A stretch of 64,000 nt of DNA from Paramecium tetraurelia (taxonomy: Eukaryota): contig CT868285.1 in NCBI GenBank assembly GCA_000165425.1, positions 124,001 through 188,000 of the forward strand, in the 5' to 3' direction. Shown one piece after another: positions 1 through 14,146 of this stretch (positions are counted from its first letter, which is position 1; the number at the start of each line of letters is the position of its first letter). The notes below the pieces were generated by a model. That model was given only the letters and a program-made list of their open reading frames with translations. It ran no database searches and had not been told where the DNA came from. The translations under genes and the position numbers were made by a program.

Positions 1-1859
1 TTTCTTTCTCAAATTCAAGTCTTGCTTCTCTTTATTTCCTTCGCAATTCGTCTAAATTATCAGCCTAAAAATTAATAATATATCTTTACAATATTTTCAC
101 TAAATGCTTCATCATCAAGAGAGATTTCTTCTTCTTATGATTCTTTAAATTTATCTTCTTCAGTCATTCCTTTTAATTATTACTTCTTAGCCAAATACAA
201 TAACTTATATTAAGCCAATATTTTTTTCTTCAAAATCTCAGCGGTTTCGTCTTTCAAAGAAGAATCACCTACTCTGTTCTCTAAATCATCATGATTTAAT
301 CTGGCTACATGAGATTTTAAGTTTTATCTAATTTAAATAAGAGATGTTACACTTTGATAAGATTATGAATGATGTCATCATTAACTTATCCTGCTTATGT
401 TAATCTTCTTTAATCAACAGGAATTTTGAAATAGATATCAATATCATTCATTTATAACTTATTGGCATCAACAAACAACTCTTTATCTTTAAGTAAGACA
501 GCATGTTCTTAAAACAACTGTTTACCTGTTTTAGCAAAGGATTCATATTCTAATTCTAATTTCATTCTTCTTAAATTATCTACTAATTTTTGTGCTTAAT
601 TGCCTAACTTCTCTATTTTTTCATCAATTAATTATTAAGATTCCCCACTTTAATCTTCATTTTTAAGCTTAAACAATGTATATTCATCTATTTTTCTATA
701 TAACCACTTAATTTGCAATCTGGACAATCTTTCCTATGGTGACTCAAATAGTGAATATGTATTTTAAGCTTTGATGTTTGCATCCTATAACACTTTTTGA
801 ATAGCAAATTCTGCATCCTCATTGTAATGTTTCCTATTGCGTTTTTATTCCTAAAGTCTTACCTCAAGTTCCTATTATAGTGTATCTAAATGTTCATGAT
901 GTGAGTATTCAAAATCAAGATCATCGTATAGTTTTGTTATATAAAATATTCCCTTTCCAATTTAATTTTGAAGATTCTCTGGGAGATCTTCAGGTATAAC
1001 CAATTCACCTTCTTCATCAAAAGTAATATTGTAATGCTTAATGACTTTCAAATATTTCCTTAATCTATTCTTTATTTTAGATGGTGATTGTCTAATATTT
1101 TACAGAATCTATTTATCACTTAGACCATTCAATTTATCTTGTGTTGCTACTCTGTTATAATAACAATTAAAGACATTTGTTGCTCTCTCTGCAAATGTTT
1201 CTTCATCTTCTTTGTGTGTTGTCTCCACTGGCTTATCATCATGATGAACTACTTTTATTAGAGATTTTTTGTAATTATCCATCAAAGCTTAAGTTTCAGG
1301 GTCCAAAGGGGAGTTTTTTTCAAACTCTTAGATTTTTAAATCTCTCAATAGTCTATCTCTTTTTAGTCTCTATTCAAACTCTATTTCTTATTAGGCTAAT
1401 GTCATAAATGACCTTGCTTGATTTGTGATTGCTAAATTATTTGCTATTTTGGTTTAATCTATTTTTCTTTACATTTTTGCTTAAAATGCCATTTCTGCTT
1501 TTTCAAAAGCCTATTCTTATTATATTTTTATATACCTTATCAAAATGATATCCCTTTTTTCTCAATGTATTAAACATCTTCAAAAAGCGAAATAATGATC
1601 CTTCATTTTTATTTTCCGCAAGTCCTTCCTTTACTAATGGAGCATATTTAAGATCTGGATATCTATGCATTAATTTGTTTAGCACTTTTTGATTCTCAGT
1701 GTCATTTATTTCTTCTCTCAATGGAAATCCAAGATTTGTTTCAGGTGGTCTAATTGCATAAACAAGGGGATTGTGCTATTTGGGATTAAGCATTTTAAGC
1801 CTACGGAACATTTCAAATCCATCATAAAATGGAAGTTTTGAATATTACCGTAAATACAT
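1..1859 (-). CDS. Large protein, possibly mitoribosomal small-subunit mS23/Rsm25-like; 3' end runs off the window
   Basis: Ciliate-code reading from ATG at 1859: MYLRQYSKLPFYDGFEMFRRLKMLNPKQHNPLVYAIRPPETNLGFPLREEINDTENQKVLNKLMHRYPDL...FRFLKMFNTLRKKGYHFDKAFEKAE. Tiny introns at about 1511-1535 and 65-89. The mS23 likeness is by eye from the N-terminal spacing only. Confidence 0.45.
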
Positions 1860-1938
1860 TAATTATTTTTAATATTTAGATTGATTTTATAAAAGGAGAT
1901 GATTCTAAAATATATTGAATTTTTAATCATAATTATTA

Positions 1939-3570
1939 TCATAAAATTTGAAGAACTTTGTTTTTCTTACCTCTCAATTCATACTTTTTGGAAATATTGA
2001 ACTTCCTCTTGGTCAAATATTTCAGACTTTCCAATGGAGTGTTGCCAATTTAGCTCATATTTTTACTCATATTATCCTAAATTTTTTAAATTTAAGAATC
2101 AGAGGGATACAATTTAGAAAATTGCTCTTATGCATCATCAAGCTTTATCAAAAAAATTCTTTACCTATGTTATAAATTCTCCAATTTAATTTTTGATATT
2201 CAAACTAACAGTTTGACGACTAGTATTAATATGGCGATCATCCTGTTTCTATTCAGTTTTAGGGCTTTTTAAATAATGAAAATTTTCAAATTTCTTGTCC
2301 TCCCTTTGAGATACAAATGAACCAGGTTTAATTTCAGGAAGAGTAGCATGGTTCAGTTGAGATAATGGAACAACCCTCCTCACAAGAGGATTAATTAGTT
2401 TACCATTTACTAGAGGAAACTTCAAATCGTTGCTTTCACTTCGACTTTTGACTAATAAATGCTTTTGACTTCTAATTTCAAATGAACTAGGATTTTACTG
2501 TTAAAGTTCTTTCAGTTATTATTATTATTGTTTTAAGAGTTTTTGATTGGGTGGTTATGGAATCTTATTTTTGTACAGCATTTTAGTGGTTCTTTCTAAA
2601 AGCTATAAAACCTTTTATGATTATTCTTTAAATTTTTTTCCAGCTTTTACTGCAATTTCATCTTTCCCAAAATCCAATGGAACTGCTGATTAAATAATTT
2701 TTTCAGAACTCATAGAGTTCCTATTTCTCCTTCTCTCTTTCTCATACTTCCTATCCATCTCTGACAAAACATTCTTGTGATTAATATCAGTTATTAGTTT
2801 ATCGATTCCTGTATAGAATTTCTCATTTGTTGACCTTCCTTCTTCAATCGCTTTGGACCTTTAACTAATCTCATTTTCCAGTTATAAATAACCCTCTATG
2901 CGAGGTTTTGTTCGAAAATGTTCAGAATTGGCAATAGCTTTTTTACTTTTTTAAACAATCTCTGCATAATCAAACATATCTTCATCATCACTATCCGATT
3001 GTGTTCTTTTTAAGGCTTGGAATAATATTTTGGGATTTTTTTTCACCTATTGATCATTAAGATTTTTAAGAAACTACTTAACATCAATAAAAGTGTCCAT
3101 TGATGTAAAGTCTCTCAATTTTTTTTCGAAATGTTGCTCCTTTGAAATTTTGTTAATCCTCATCTTTTTTCTTTCATTTTACAAGACTTTTTGAATGTTC
3201 TCACTCTACAATCTATTTCCTAAATAAAATAATAATTCAGTACTTCTAATTACTTCCTCTTCAGTATATTGATCATTGAAGGTTAGTTGTTTGATTTCTC
3301 GCTTCTTATCTAATTGGGCTTTAACAAATTTATAAAAATCTTGCTCAAAATCCAACATATTTAATAATGTCCTAATTTCAACAAAAAGAACCATTTCTAA
3401 ATATTTAATACCAATCCTTTTCATTTTTTGAAAGCTTTTATTTCAAATCTAATACACTTAAAATATTGCTAGAACTTCAATACAAGATTTTTGCATAATT
3501 TTCAGTTATATGTAAGGCTAATCCAAATTATTAATATTTCTCCCTCTTTTTAATCTAATTCTATATACAT
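1939..3570 (-). CDS. Hypothetical charged/coiled-coil protein
   Basis: Long TGA-free ciliate-code frame (...EEEGRSTNEKFYTGIDKLITDINHKNVLSEMDRKYEKERRR...KYELRGKKNKVLQIL*). Stop at 1939-1941. The 5' exon structure is ambiguous. Confidence 0.6.
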
Positions 3571-3803
3571 AAGAAAATATTTTTAAATGAAAAAGAGCAG
3601 ATGTGGATTTTAATTAATAACGAACAGTTATATCAGAGTAGCAACAACAGAATGGTTAATAAAATAGATTAAAAATTTTCTAATGCATGATATTTAAATA
3701 CATATGCCTTTGTTCTCATTTTTATAGAATCATAATTAGCTATTTATTCATTGAGTATATGAATGATTATATAAAATAAAAACATAATAATTTGAAAAAG
3801 AGA

Positions 3804-4882
3804 TCAATGATTTTGGATTAATCCAAACTTCCAAGTACCACTAAATGTTTCTCCTTTTTAGTTATAATATATCCCGTTTCCATGTTATTAACCCTCTTTC
3901 CATTCACCATTGTACTTTCTACCATCACTCCAAATCAATATGCCATTTCCATTTTTTACCCCATCTTTGTATTGACCTTCATAGGAGTATTTTCCTTTGA
4001 TTTCTATATATCCAAAGCCATGCTTTTTGCCTTTAACCCATTCTCCATTATAAACCTTTTAACCGCAATCCCAAACCTTATAATTAATAAAATTTGAATA
4101 CAAATTTTCCTTAACCATGAAACTTGTCTTATTGAAATTGTCCTTCATAGTAAGACCCATCATTAAAAAAGAATTTTCCGTAACCATCCTTTAAACCTTT
4201 TTTAAATGTCCCGGTGTAAATTGATTTATCTGCATATGTTTCTGTCCCTTCACCATGTTGTAAGTTATTTTCCCATCCTCCTAAAATTCTATAATTATCT
4301 ATTCTTACCTTCATATCTGATGTTTTTAGCAGAATTAAAATAGATCCCTTGACCATTCATGTAACTATTTTTCCATTCTCCTCTATAATATGTCCCATCA
4401 GGAGCACTGTAAAGTCCTTCTCCATTGAAATACCCATCCAACCACTTATTTTAAATTATAATTCTATACCATGCCTTCCAAGTAACAACTATGATTATTT
4501 TATTCTAATACCCGTCCTCCATGTCCATTCTACCAAACCCAGTCATTGATCCATTCTGCCACTTGTGGCTATTCCTTATTTTTGGTGACATCGAAATAGC
4601 GATATGATCATCCTATTACTAAGCTACTGTTGATCTTTCTGTAATTGTTTGTTAAATCTATTCATAGCAAATTAAGTCTTCAGTCAAAGAATTTTATTAT
4701 TGCTAGTTATTATTTTCCTTTTATTTGTGAATCAGAACTCTTCTTCTTGTTAAGATTCCTCTAATCCTTGCCTGAATTAAAGCAATTTATCTAAGAGTTA
4801 GTTCTTTTCTCTATATTTATGGTTTCAATTGTTCCTTAATCTCTTTGACCTATATTCCATTGCAAATTTGACAAGTCCCCAT
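3804..4882 (-). CDS. MORN-repeat protein with probable N-terminal acylation signal
   Basis: Starts MGTCQICNG. Tandem MORN repeats (WENNLQHGEGTETYADKSIYTGTFKKGLKDGYGKFFFNDGSYYEGQFQ). Ends GTWKFGLIQNH*. Several tiny introns. Confidence 0.9.
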
Positions 4883-5527
4883 TTAAGTAAATATTTAATT
4901 TTAATACTGATTTAATGAATAAAAATAACAAAAATGATTTTCCAAGATATTTCATTTAAATTTCCTTCTATTTTCTCCCCAAAGAATTTTGAATTTTCTG
5001 TTTTCCAAATTTATGGGTCCAAATCTAATTGAAATTAGTTCTGAAATTCATACTTGGTTAACTTAATGATTAAGCAAAAACTATAACTTTAAGAAATTTG
5101 ATTAGATAAGATTCTAAGAAATTCTCAAAAATTGAAATTTCAAGTCTTACTTCTCTCAAACTTACTAAAAGTTTCAAATTTTTGGTTGATAACAAAATAT
5201 TTAAAAAAACAAATTACTTAAAAAGATATCATCACTATTAATATTTTTTAAGAATTTTTTCTACTTCAAAAAATCATCCAAAAATCTTTCTTTCATTTAT
5301 CTAGAATTATTGAGGAATATTAAATTTATAACCTAAATTTACTAAGATAATAATTGAAAGCTAATTTTAAAATCTTTATTAGAACAATATTTCAATTCAA
5401 AATGGAATTTCTAAATAAAATATTGAATATTTAGATAAAGCATAATAGATGAACAAAATCAATAATTGCTATCGCTTTAGGCTAATAAATGGATTTATTA
5501 TGATCTTTTACAAAATATTATACTAAT

Positions 5528-8118
5528 TCATAAAATTATAATTTTATTCTCATTTTTGATAATAAATTTGTTGTAATCGTTTGTCTTAGATGGCACAGTA
5601 GAGATCCATTTATTTTTCTCAAACCTTCAATTAACAAAATTATATACATTAAATTAGTATCTATTTTATGTTTTAGTAATTCTTATTGATCGATGATCTC
5701 ACCTTATTTAAATGGTTAAAGTGCTTTATCGTCTTGCTCTAACTTCGCAAGCCATTCATTATGGTCAACAACAACTGGCTAAGGTGGTCTCTCTTCATCA
5801 CTGTCATCTGTGATATAGTCATCCTTTTCCTTGTCATGCATCAAAGAAGCACAATATTATTCAATTTAATCCTCAAATCCAAAATCATAGGCTAATTGCA
5901 TATTCCTTTCTTAGTAATAAAATTAGTCCAATTTTAATTCATACAGTAGGTTTAGATTATTGTATCCTGCCTATCTATTGCTGATTTCTTGTTTTATGAT
6001 TGAATTATTCCTGGAAGCATCAATATCCAAGTCTGATCCTATATTAGATATGGTTCTATAGTTTAATAAAAATGAAGTTTCTATGGGGTTACAAGTTTCC
6101 AATGGCAAATAGCATTGAAGAGTTTTGTGAGGCAATAATAACTAAACTCCTTCATATTCTGGAGGTTTTTGCATTACAATTTTGATAGTTTCTTCAAGTT
6201 TCTGGTTTGTGGATAAAATACTCTAAATAGGCCCCATTTTCCCTTTGACTGCCTTTTCTTCTTCAGCTCCATCTCTAAAAACTACTTATTATAAGAGTGG
6301 AGGATGATAGACTAATTGAGGGTAATCCCAATTTTTATATTGCATGACTTCTTAATCAGATTAAGGAATTTGTTCAATTGGAGCCCAATCATCAAATCCT
6401 GTTCTTGGATTAATATCAAATTTAAATGAGTAGGTGTTTGTTTCTTAGTATTAAACTGGGAGTGCAAATTTTCCAATGCAATTTTCCTCGAATTCAAAAG
6501 TAAAGGCAATCTTGTTATTTAAATAGGGATAATTACAAAATCTTTTTTGCCAACACCAGCATATTCTGCTTTTTACCAATCTTGGTTGACCAACTTCTCA
6601 ACTTCTGATCTTTTGGTTGCTCCTTTTAAAAATGCTCTGATTTTGGACATCCTATTATCAAATCTTATTCTATAGATAACTCTTGTTACTGCATAGATGA
6701 ATTTTTTTAGTTTCAAAACTAATAGAAAATAAACGCCTTACTATTTTCTTGATTTTGATGACATCATTTTTTTCGAAATCCCATTGACATTCATATTTTG
6801 GTAAAATTTAATCAGCCACTGCATTGTCAATATTAAGTTAAAGTTGATACCTTGTAATACCACTTTAGAATATCTAATTTAACATCTATTGATTAAATTG
6901 TTCTCTTTAACTCATGATTTCTGAGATGGTTTCCTTTTAGATTGGGGAATCTCCAATGCATTGTTTGAGTTTATTTTCTTTTTCTTTATCTAGATTTGCT
7001 ATTTAATTGAAATGATCGAGGTATTGCTTCTCTTTAACTTGTCTTCCCTAGAGAGAGACACCTTATTTGATTTCCAACACTTCGTTTTCAATTATTTATG
7101 GTCTAATCCGTTTAGTGGTTGGTTTTATTATTGGATAAAACTACTCGACTTGATCGTTTCCTCCTGTGGCCTCGTAAATGACCTATGGGGATTGTTCAGG
7201 TATGGAATATTCATCAATGTTCTCTTAAGAGGACTATAAGTCTTTTGGGATCAATTTTTGATTTTGTTTTGGCTATTGGATTATGGAATGCAGTTTTCTC
7301 ACTGATTGAGGTCTTCTAATTCTACTTAGATTCTTATCATTTTATGATCGACCGGTTCCCATAAGTTTGATTGGCAGAGGTTCGAAGTCTACAGATCCCA
7401 CAATCAATTCCACTTCCATATAGACAGTTACATTAATGGAAGGTCTATAGAGAATTTCTATTTCAGTTACTCCCTTGTCAGGAATAGTGCCTCTCAGGGG
7501 AGTTATTCTAAAGTCCATGTTGTCCTTGATGACGATGAATTCAAAATCAAAGTTAAGAGGTACCTTATTTTAAATTGGAAATCTCTATCCTACATTAATG
7601 AAATACTTAAGAAAACTATTCACCCAATTCAAGGGTTCCAAAATCCAAATACCGAGGAAATAAATCTCTTAAATAATCCCTGTTGATTGCTGGAAAAGCA
7701 TGTATTGGAATCAAGATCGAATCAAATTAAGTGTTGATTCTCATCGAATCCTAGTATTGCTTATATTCAAAGGGTTTGAAGGAAATATAAATTTCTTCAA
7801 ACATTCCAGAGGCAATGGCTCCCTTCTTATCATATTTGACATTGAAGAAATTAGTTTTAGGAGGTATAACCAAAATTCGTTGTGGTTAAAGATACTTGTT
7901 GATCACACGAATTTTGAGTAAATTTAATTTGCCCACTTCAAATCCTGCAAATCTCACTATTTCAGGCTCAATGATTATTTGCTACTAAATTACTTTATCC
8001 ATTTCATCTATAATGAATATGAAGAATATCTCATACTTTTTTTGTCTAAGTCCTTAGCTTTTAAGTGTGGCATCTTAAGAGAATTTGGAGCAGATTCTGA
8101 AGGTTTCAATTTTAACAT
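5528..8118 (-). CDS. CFAP221: Cilia- and flagella-associated protein 221 (PCDP1/FAP221, central-pair C1d)
   Basis: IEPEIVRFAGFEVGK...ILVIPPKTNFFNVKYDKKGAIASGMFEEIYISFKPFEYKQYQDSMRI...LIPIHAFP...FDFEF...ITPLRGTIP matches the PCDP1 ASH-like region. An IQ-like segment FIYAVTRVIYRIRFDNRM lies further on. Confidence 0.85.
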
Positions 8119-8139
8119 TATAAATTGATAATTATTTTA

Positions 8140-9846
8140 ATGTAAAATCCATATTAGTCACTTGGTTTGTCAGAAGATGCTGCTTTAAGTTAGATAAAAG
8201 AATAGTATAGAGAGTTGTCAAAGGTGTTTCATCCTGATAAACAGAGTTAAGAGAATTATAATTTAAGTGTGGAAACTTTTGAGAAAATCGATTAGGCGTA
8301 CAAAATTATTGGGAATGAGTTTAATAAACTGGTTTATGATAATTTTGGATTCGCAGGAGTATAGTTGCTAATGGAAAATAAGTAACATTTTGAGTTGATT
8401 GAATGGCAATTCCATTAAGGCAAGAATGTAATCGAGGATATTAGGGTTTAATTATTACTTCTGAAGTTAGAAGAAGAAGAATTGAACTCATATTCTACTT
8501 TGAAATCATTTTTATGCGAGGCTTCATTTTAAAACACATTTATTTGTACCACAAATTAAAATTAAAAATGTGCCTTTATATAATAAATCTTACAATTACC
8601 TCGTTGGAAATAGTTTGAGTTTGCTTTGAAATCAGAAATCAATCTGCTCAATTACAATAACAAAGAAGTAGAAATCAGTAAAAACTATTTAGTAACGGCA
8701 TTAAGTTTGAATTTGCCGTTCATCAAAGGTTGTGGCATTGAAATCTAACAATAACTACCAAACATGGAAATAGATTAAGTTACATTTAAGAAAAAAAGTT
8801 CATTTGGAGAAATCCACTTCAATCTCGCAAACAATTAATAAGGGGATTATGTACCTTAGATTGTAGCAGCAATTGGTAAAGATTAATCCTCAATTCAAAT
8901 CACATTCGATGCCTAAGAAAAATAGTTAAATTTTGATAAATAACTATCTGAAAGACTAACACTTTAAGGATATATCAAACAAAAAAATTATAATGCCTAA
9001 CTATCCTATTAGGTTGTTAAAGAGTAAAATTATGGATCCTGTCTCAGATTATGCTATTTTAAAAATGTTAATAAGTCTTTGTTTCTCTTATCAAGTGATA
9101 TCAAAGTTCAATATACTCATTTAAGATTCGATTGGCAAAGCACTATATCTGATAGCAATCAAATGTCAGTTATATTTACATTAAGAAAGATGAATTCATA
9201 GATCAGATTCCCCTTTGCATTTTAAGTTTAGAGTCTTAAATCTTTATTATTTTGGATTGTCGGTCCCTAAGTCCTTCCCTTCATTTGGAAGAGAAATTGG
9301 TTAAGTCCTTGGAATGATTTGCAAAATAAGAAAAGATAACTCTACCTACATAAAATTGAGGAGTATTAAAAGTTTAATGAGGAAACTAGGAGAAATATTG
9401 AATAAGGTGATAATTTTTAAAAGGCTCTATAATTCGAAACTGATTTGAAGTATAATTTAATCAAATCATAATAGTGGTCTCATTATTACATTAGCTTATG
9501 CTGGTGAATTAGGAGATATAAATTAATATATATAGAATAAAGTACCAAATCAATACTTGTCTAATATTAAGGAACAATTATAAGCCGAAATACTTGACAG
9601 TGGATTGTTTATACCTCCTAATTGTCTAGATAAATTAGATGGATTCTTCAAAGTTTCAAGCAAAAAGTAATAAATTATCTAGTTCCTAGGAATTCATCTC
9701 ATTATTGGGGATATGTTGAATATATTTATAAAGGAAAGGCTGGAAACAAAAAGTGGAATTGGGCAGAGCCTTTATCCATAGGAAATGTTTGTAAATAAAA
9801 TCAGTATTCGATAATTGAAACTATTTTGGGATATATATATAAATGA
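8140..9846 (+). CDS. DnaJ-domain protein, DNAJC11-like
   Basis: J-domain MQNPYQSLGLSEDAALSQIKEQYRELSKVFHPDKQ with HPD. The C-terminal region (GLIITLAYAG...LDGFF...YVEYIYKG...EPLSI) resembles DUF3395. TGA at 9844-9846. Confidence 0.75.
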
Positions 9847-9853
9847 TATAATT

Positions 9854-12800
9854 TCAATGATGTTTACTTTTATCCATCATAGAAGTACGCTTAATCTATG
9901 AATATCTTTCTTAAATCTATTAGTCTTTATGAGGATCTAAATCAAGTTGTTTAAGCATTTAATTATTGAATGACTCTACCGAATCTTCGAAAATCAAACA
10001 CTGACAATCTTTGGTTACTAAACACTCAGTATCTTGGGGAGGTATATAACTGTATAATAGAATATATTTTACTTATATTGAGAATATACTTTATTATTGA
10101 TGTCCTTTAATTCTCCTCTAAATAAATAACCACCAAAAATAAAATCACATTTTTAGTTTGCTGTAAATTTTTTTAATTTACTTTTTGTTCTAAAGAAATC
10201 TAATAACCTCTTTATTTCTAAATTTGCAAGAGGTCCAGATTAATTTTCATACATCTTTCTTAAATATTCTAAGAATAATCTATATAATTACCAATAGAAT
10301 TAATATATATCTTAAATTCGAAATCTGGATTCTTAATCATCAAATCCTTAAGAATTTTGAGATTTAATGAATAAAGCAGAGAGTCAGCTGTTGTCTTAGC
10401 AGTACTCATGCAAGTTCCATCACCTATAAGATTAGTATATGTTATTAATGATCCTAAACCCTTCTTTATTGAACCTCCTTGAAATTCATCCACTACATTA
10501 CCTTTGCTCACAATATAGATATTCTAACATGTCATTCCTTATTCATATATAATTTCATCTGGTCCAAATTTCTTTTCATAAGCACTCTTTATTATATTAT
10601 CTAAGTCTGTAGAAACAAGACCTGAAAAAATAGGAAATTCCATAGCTAAGACATGGAATGATGGTAATACCATCTCAAATTAATGATTTTCCAAATCAAC
10701 CAATCTAGTGTTGATTTCCTTTTTAAGTAATTAATATTCCTTTTCATCTACTAATCCATTCTATTGTGTATCATCGAGATAATGTCTTTAATGTGTTAAA
10801 ATAGAATGTGAAGCTCTTTTAGTTTAGATTGCTCTAACAATCTCTGGAAAGGTATCATTTAAAATACCCAAGTATCCTTCGGCTTTTTCTATTTCTCTGT
10901 TAAGTTCTTCCATAACAACTCTAACTGCATCTTTACTCATAGGGAAACTTCCAGTTAAATGAAATGCTTCACTTGCACAAGATAAGAATGTTGTAGTCAC
11001 ATCATAGACAAATCCTAAATGTTTAATCATATAATCTCTAGCAAATGGTCCAATTAATGGCATTTCCTTAACTTTAAAGAAGAAATTCACACTGCTAAAA
11101 TTTAAGAAATTCTTATATAGTTAATCCCAAATATTTAAAATTGCCTTTGTGTGATCCAAACCTATATCACTTGATTCAACCAATAAACGAACTGTGTCTT
11201 CTTCACATAATCCATACTCAAATTTGTCATAATACAGACCCTTCATAATACGATAGATTCTGTATCTCACTTCTCCAAAGATTTCTTGATCTGTTAGTCC
11301 TTCATATAAGTTATTTGAACTGGCTTATACCTTATTGCTGCCTATCATGTATTTTATTTCAGTTTCTAATTTCTCTATTTTTTCTATGAATTTAGGTTAG
11401 CCAATTAATTAATTCACTTAATTCCAATCAGCCATACTATAAAATTAATCTGACTCTAACTCTCTCATTTTATCTTAGGAATTTACTATCAATTCTTCCA
11501 AATATTTTTTATACACTTTTTTCTTAACAACTGGATTTTCAATCATCTCTAAATATTGAACCAAGGCCTTGCAAGTAGTACCATTAATTAGATTTGTAAT
11601 TGCAGCCATCCCTGCTCCATAAAAGACAGACAAATGTCTAAATCTAGCTGGCAATTCTTCATCGCATCCAACCATTAAAGACAATGTTAAACCTAAGGCA
11701 CCTCTCAAACCACCATATACAAGAACTATAAATTCAGACTTTGATATAGGATATCCAAAACATCTTAAAAATGGCCAGAATGTCAATATCATTATAAATC
11801 TAGCCAAAATCATAAAAAAGTAGAACACTATCATTCTAATATAATCAGATTTATGAATAAATGTTTCTTCAATAACTTGAGTACCAACAATAATTCCAAC
11901 TAATAAGAAAATTAAAGTATCACAAGAATATTAGACAAATCCCCATACAGTGTGTACAGAATGTTCAACTGATGATCTTATTCTAGTTTTTCCAAAAGCA
12001 CTCCAAAATAAACCCAAACCTACCACTGCTAGTAAACCACTAGTTTTAAAAAAGCAAAATTCTGCCCAATAAAATGTTAAATATGTAAATACAAAAGTTA
12101 ACCAAGTTACTTCTATATCATCACCTAAAATTCTCTTTGTCCATAAAGCAGCTAATATTCCTAATACTAATCCTAAGCCTGGTCCTACTAATGAATTCCT
12201 TACAAAATTGAGTACGACTTAGCCAGCAGTCACAGCTTCCCCTTTCCCGCTTGCTGCTTTTGAAAATTTGTTAAAAAATATAAAAAATACCATTGCTACA
12301 CCATCATTCAATAAAGCTTCTCTAAATTTATTAAAGTTACAAATACCCCTCTATCAAATGATTAAATGCCAGACTTGCTCCTAACTCCTTAAGTAAAGCA
12401 ACCACTGCCACAGGATCTGTAGCTGATAATACAGAACCAAGCGTAAATGCTTAATACCACGTCATATCATTATCATCATATCGTAAAACCAACTTAAATA
12501 TAGCTCCTAAAAGAATTGCACCCTATTTTTATAATCTCAAATACCCAACCGCAACCAGGACCGGCTAACAGCAGAATATTAACCATCTGATATTTGAAAG
12601 TATACCAATCACAATTAAATGCTGACTCAAATAATAAAACAGGAACAAAGACAAACACTATTAAGTGAGGATGCATTTTTGACAAGATACTTGCACTTTC
12701 TCCAACGTAACCCAAACTCTTTTAAAGTAATCCCAATAAAATTCCTAATGATAAAATCATTGGAGAATATGGAAATCTAGCTTTATATCACTTCCATTAC

Positions 12801-12970
12801 TTTGTCTTTTTATTGATCTCTCTCAATATTAACCCTGAAACAATACCCAAGGTTAAAAAATAAACGATGTTTGCAGATTTCTCCATTTCATGTTCATCTC
12901 TCCACAAAGAATCTTTTGGAGCTTCTAATTCTTCCTCATGGCCCTCAAATTCATGTTCATGTTCTGCCAT
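9854..12970 (-). CDS. SOS1/NHX7-type Na+/H+ antiporter (CPA1) with C-terminal cNMP-binding-like domain
   Basis: Motifs VFVPVLLFESAF, LLAGPG, ISATDPVAVVALLKELG, IEGEALLNDG, YGGLRGALGLTLSL and LINGTT. The long cytosolic tail contains a cNMP-type segment (IYIVSKGNVVDEF). Confidence 0.92.
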
Positions 12971-14146
12971 TTGAATAATTAATTTATTGAATATTATACA
13001 GATACTGCAAAATCATTTAAAATTATGCTTGTATCTCATAAAATATTTAACGTAACATGACGTTAGTTCACTTTTCAACCAAGAATCCTTAAATTCTACT
13101 ATTTGTAAGCATAAACACTACGATAATCAACCAAAGAACCTTAACATCATATTATTAATTGATTCATATTAAAATTAATGTTCAAATATTTTATCTAAAT
13201 AAGCAATGGCAAAGTTAATCAAATAAGAGACATTAAAAATCGAAGATTTGTTTATCCATTTTCAATTGAAATCTATGATAAGTAATTGTAACTTAAAAGA
13301 TTTGAATTTCTGTTATTATTTTTTTATACAAATACAACAAATAATATAATTACAGATAATTTGTTAAAAAATTGGAACATTTATATGGAAAATTTGAGAT
13401 TTCTAAATTCTGATGTTTTTACGATGATTTGTAATTAAATTTGTTTTGAAGGTGAAATAAATAAATTATCAAATACCTTAAAATTTATCATTACATATCA
13501 AACAAATTAATAAATAAAACTTTTGAAGTTAAATTAAATTTCAGAGAATAATTAGGTTTGACTAATTTTAGAAAAATAGAATTAATGTGAAACAATTTGT
13601 ATAAATTTTAAGAACTTTGGTAATATAATTAAACAGTTAAATGTTTGTTTGAAGTATAAAAAGCCTTTTACAATATCAGTTTGAAGGTATTCATAAATTA
13701 GATTATTAAAAACTACTCATTACTTTCTTAATATTTGATTCATTTTTTTGGTGTCCTTGAAAAATGGGGAAACAGTTTCAACTTGATTTAATCTTACATT
13801 TAGTATGAGCAATATTATGTAATGATGTAAAATGTCAATATATTTTCAAATGAAATACTTATTTATACAACATATCATCACTTCCCACACCCCTAATAGT
13901 TTCTATATAAATTTACTTTAAAGTTGAAATTCAATCTAATAATTGGCATTAATAAAATTCTCTAAATCTAAGTTATTTAAGCTTTTCCTTTATATATGTA
14001 TTTCTTGATCTCTAGCTTTTACAAGGGCCAAGCAATGCTATTGTCTTTCTTTTTCAACCAATATTATAATGGGAGGTCTTTATATTAAATATTCAATATT
14101 TGTAATAATCCGTTTTGAATGCATAAGTATTTTATTAATTAAAAAA

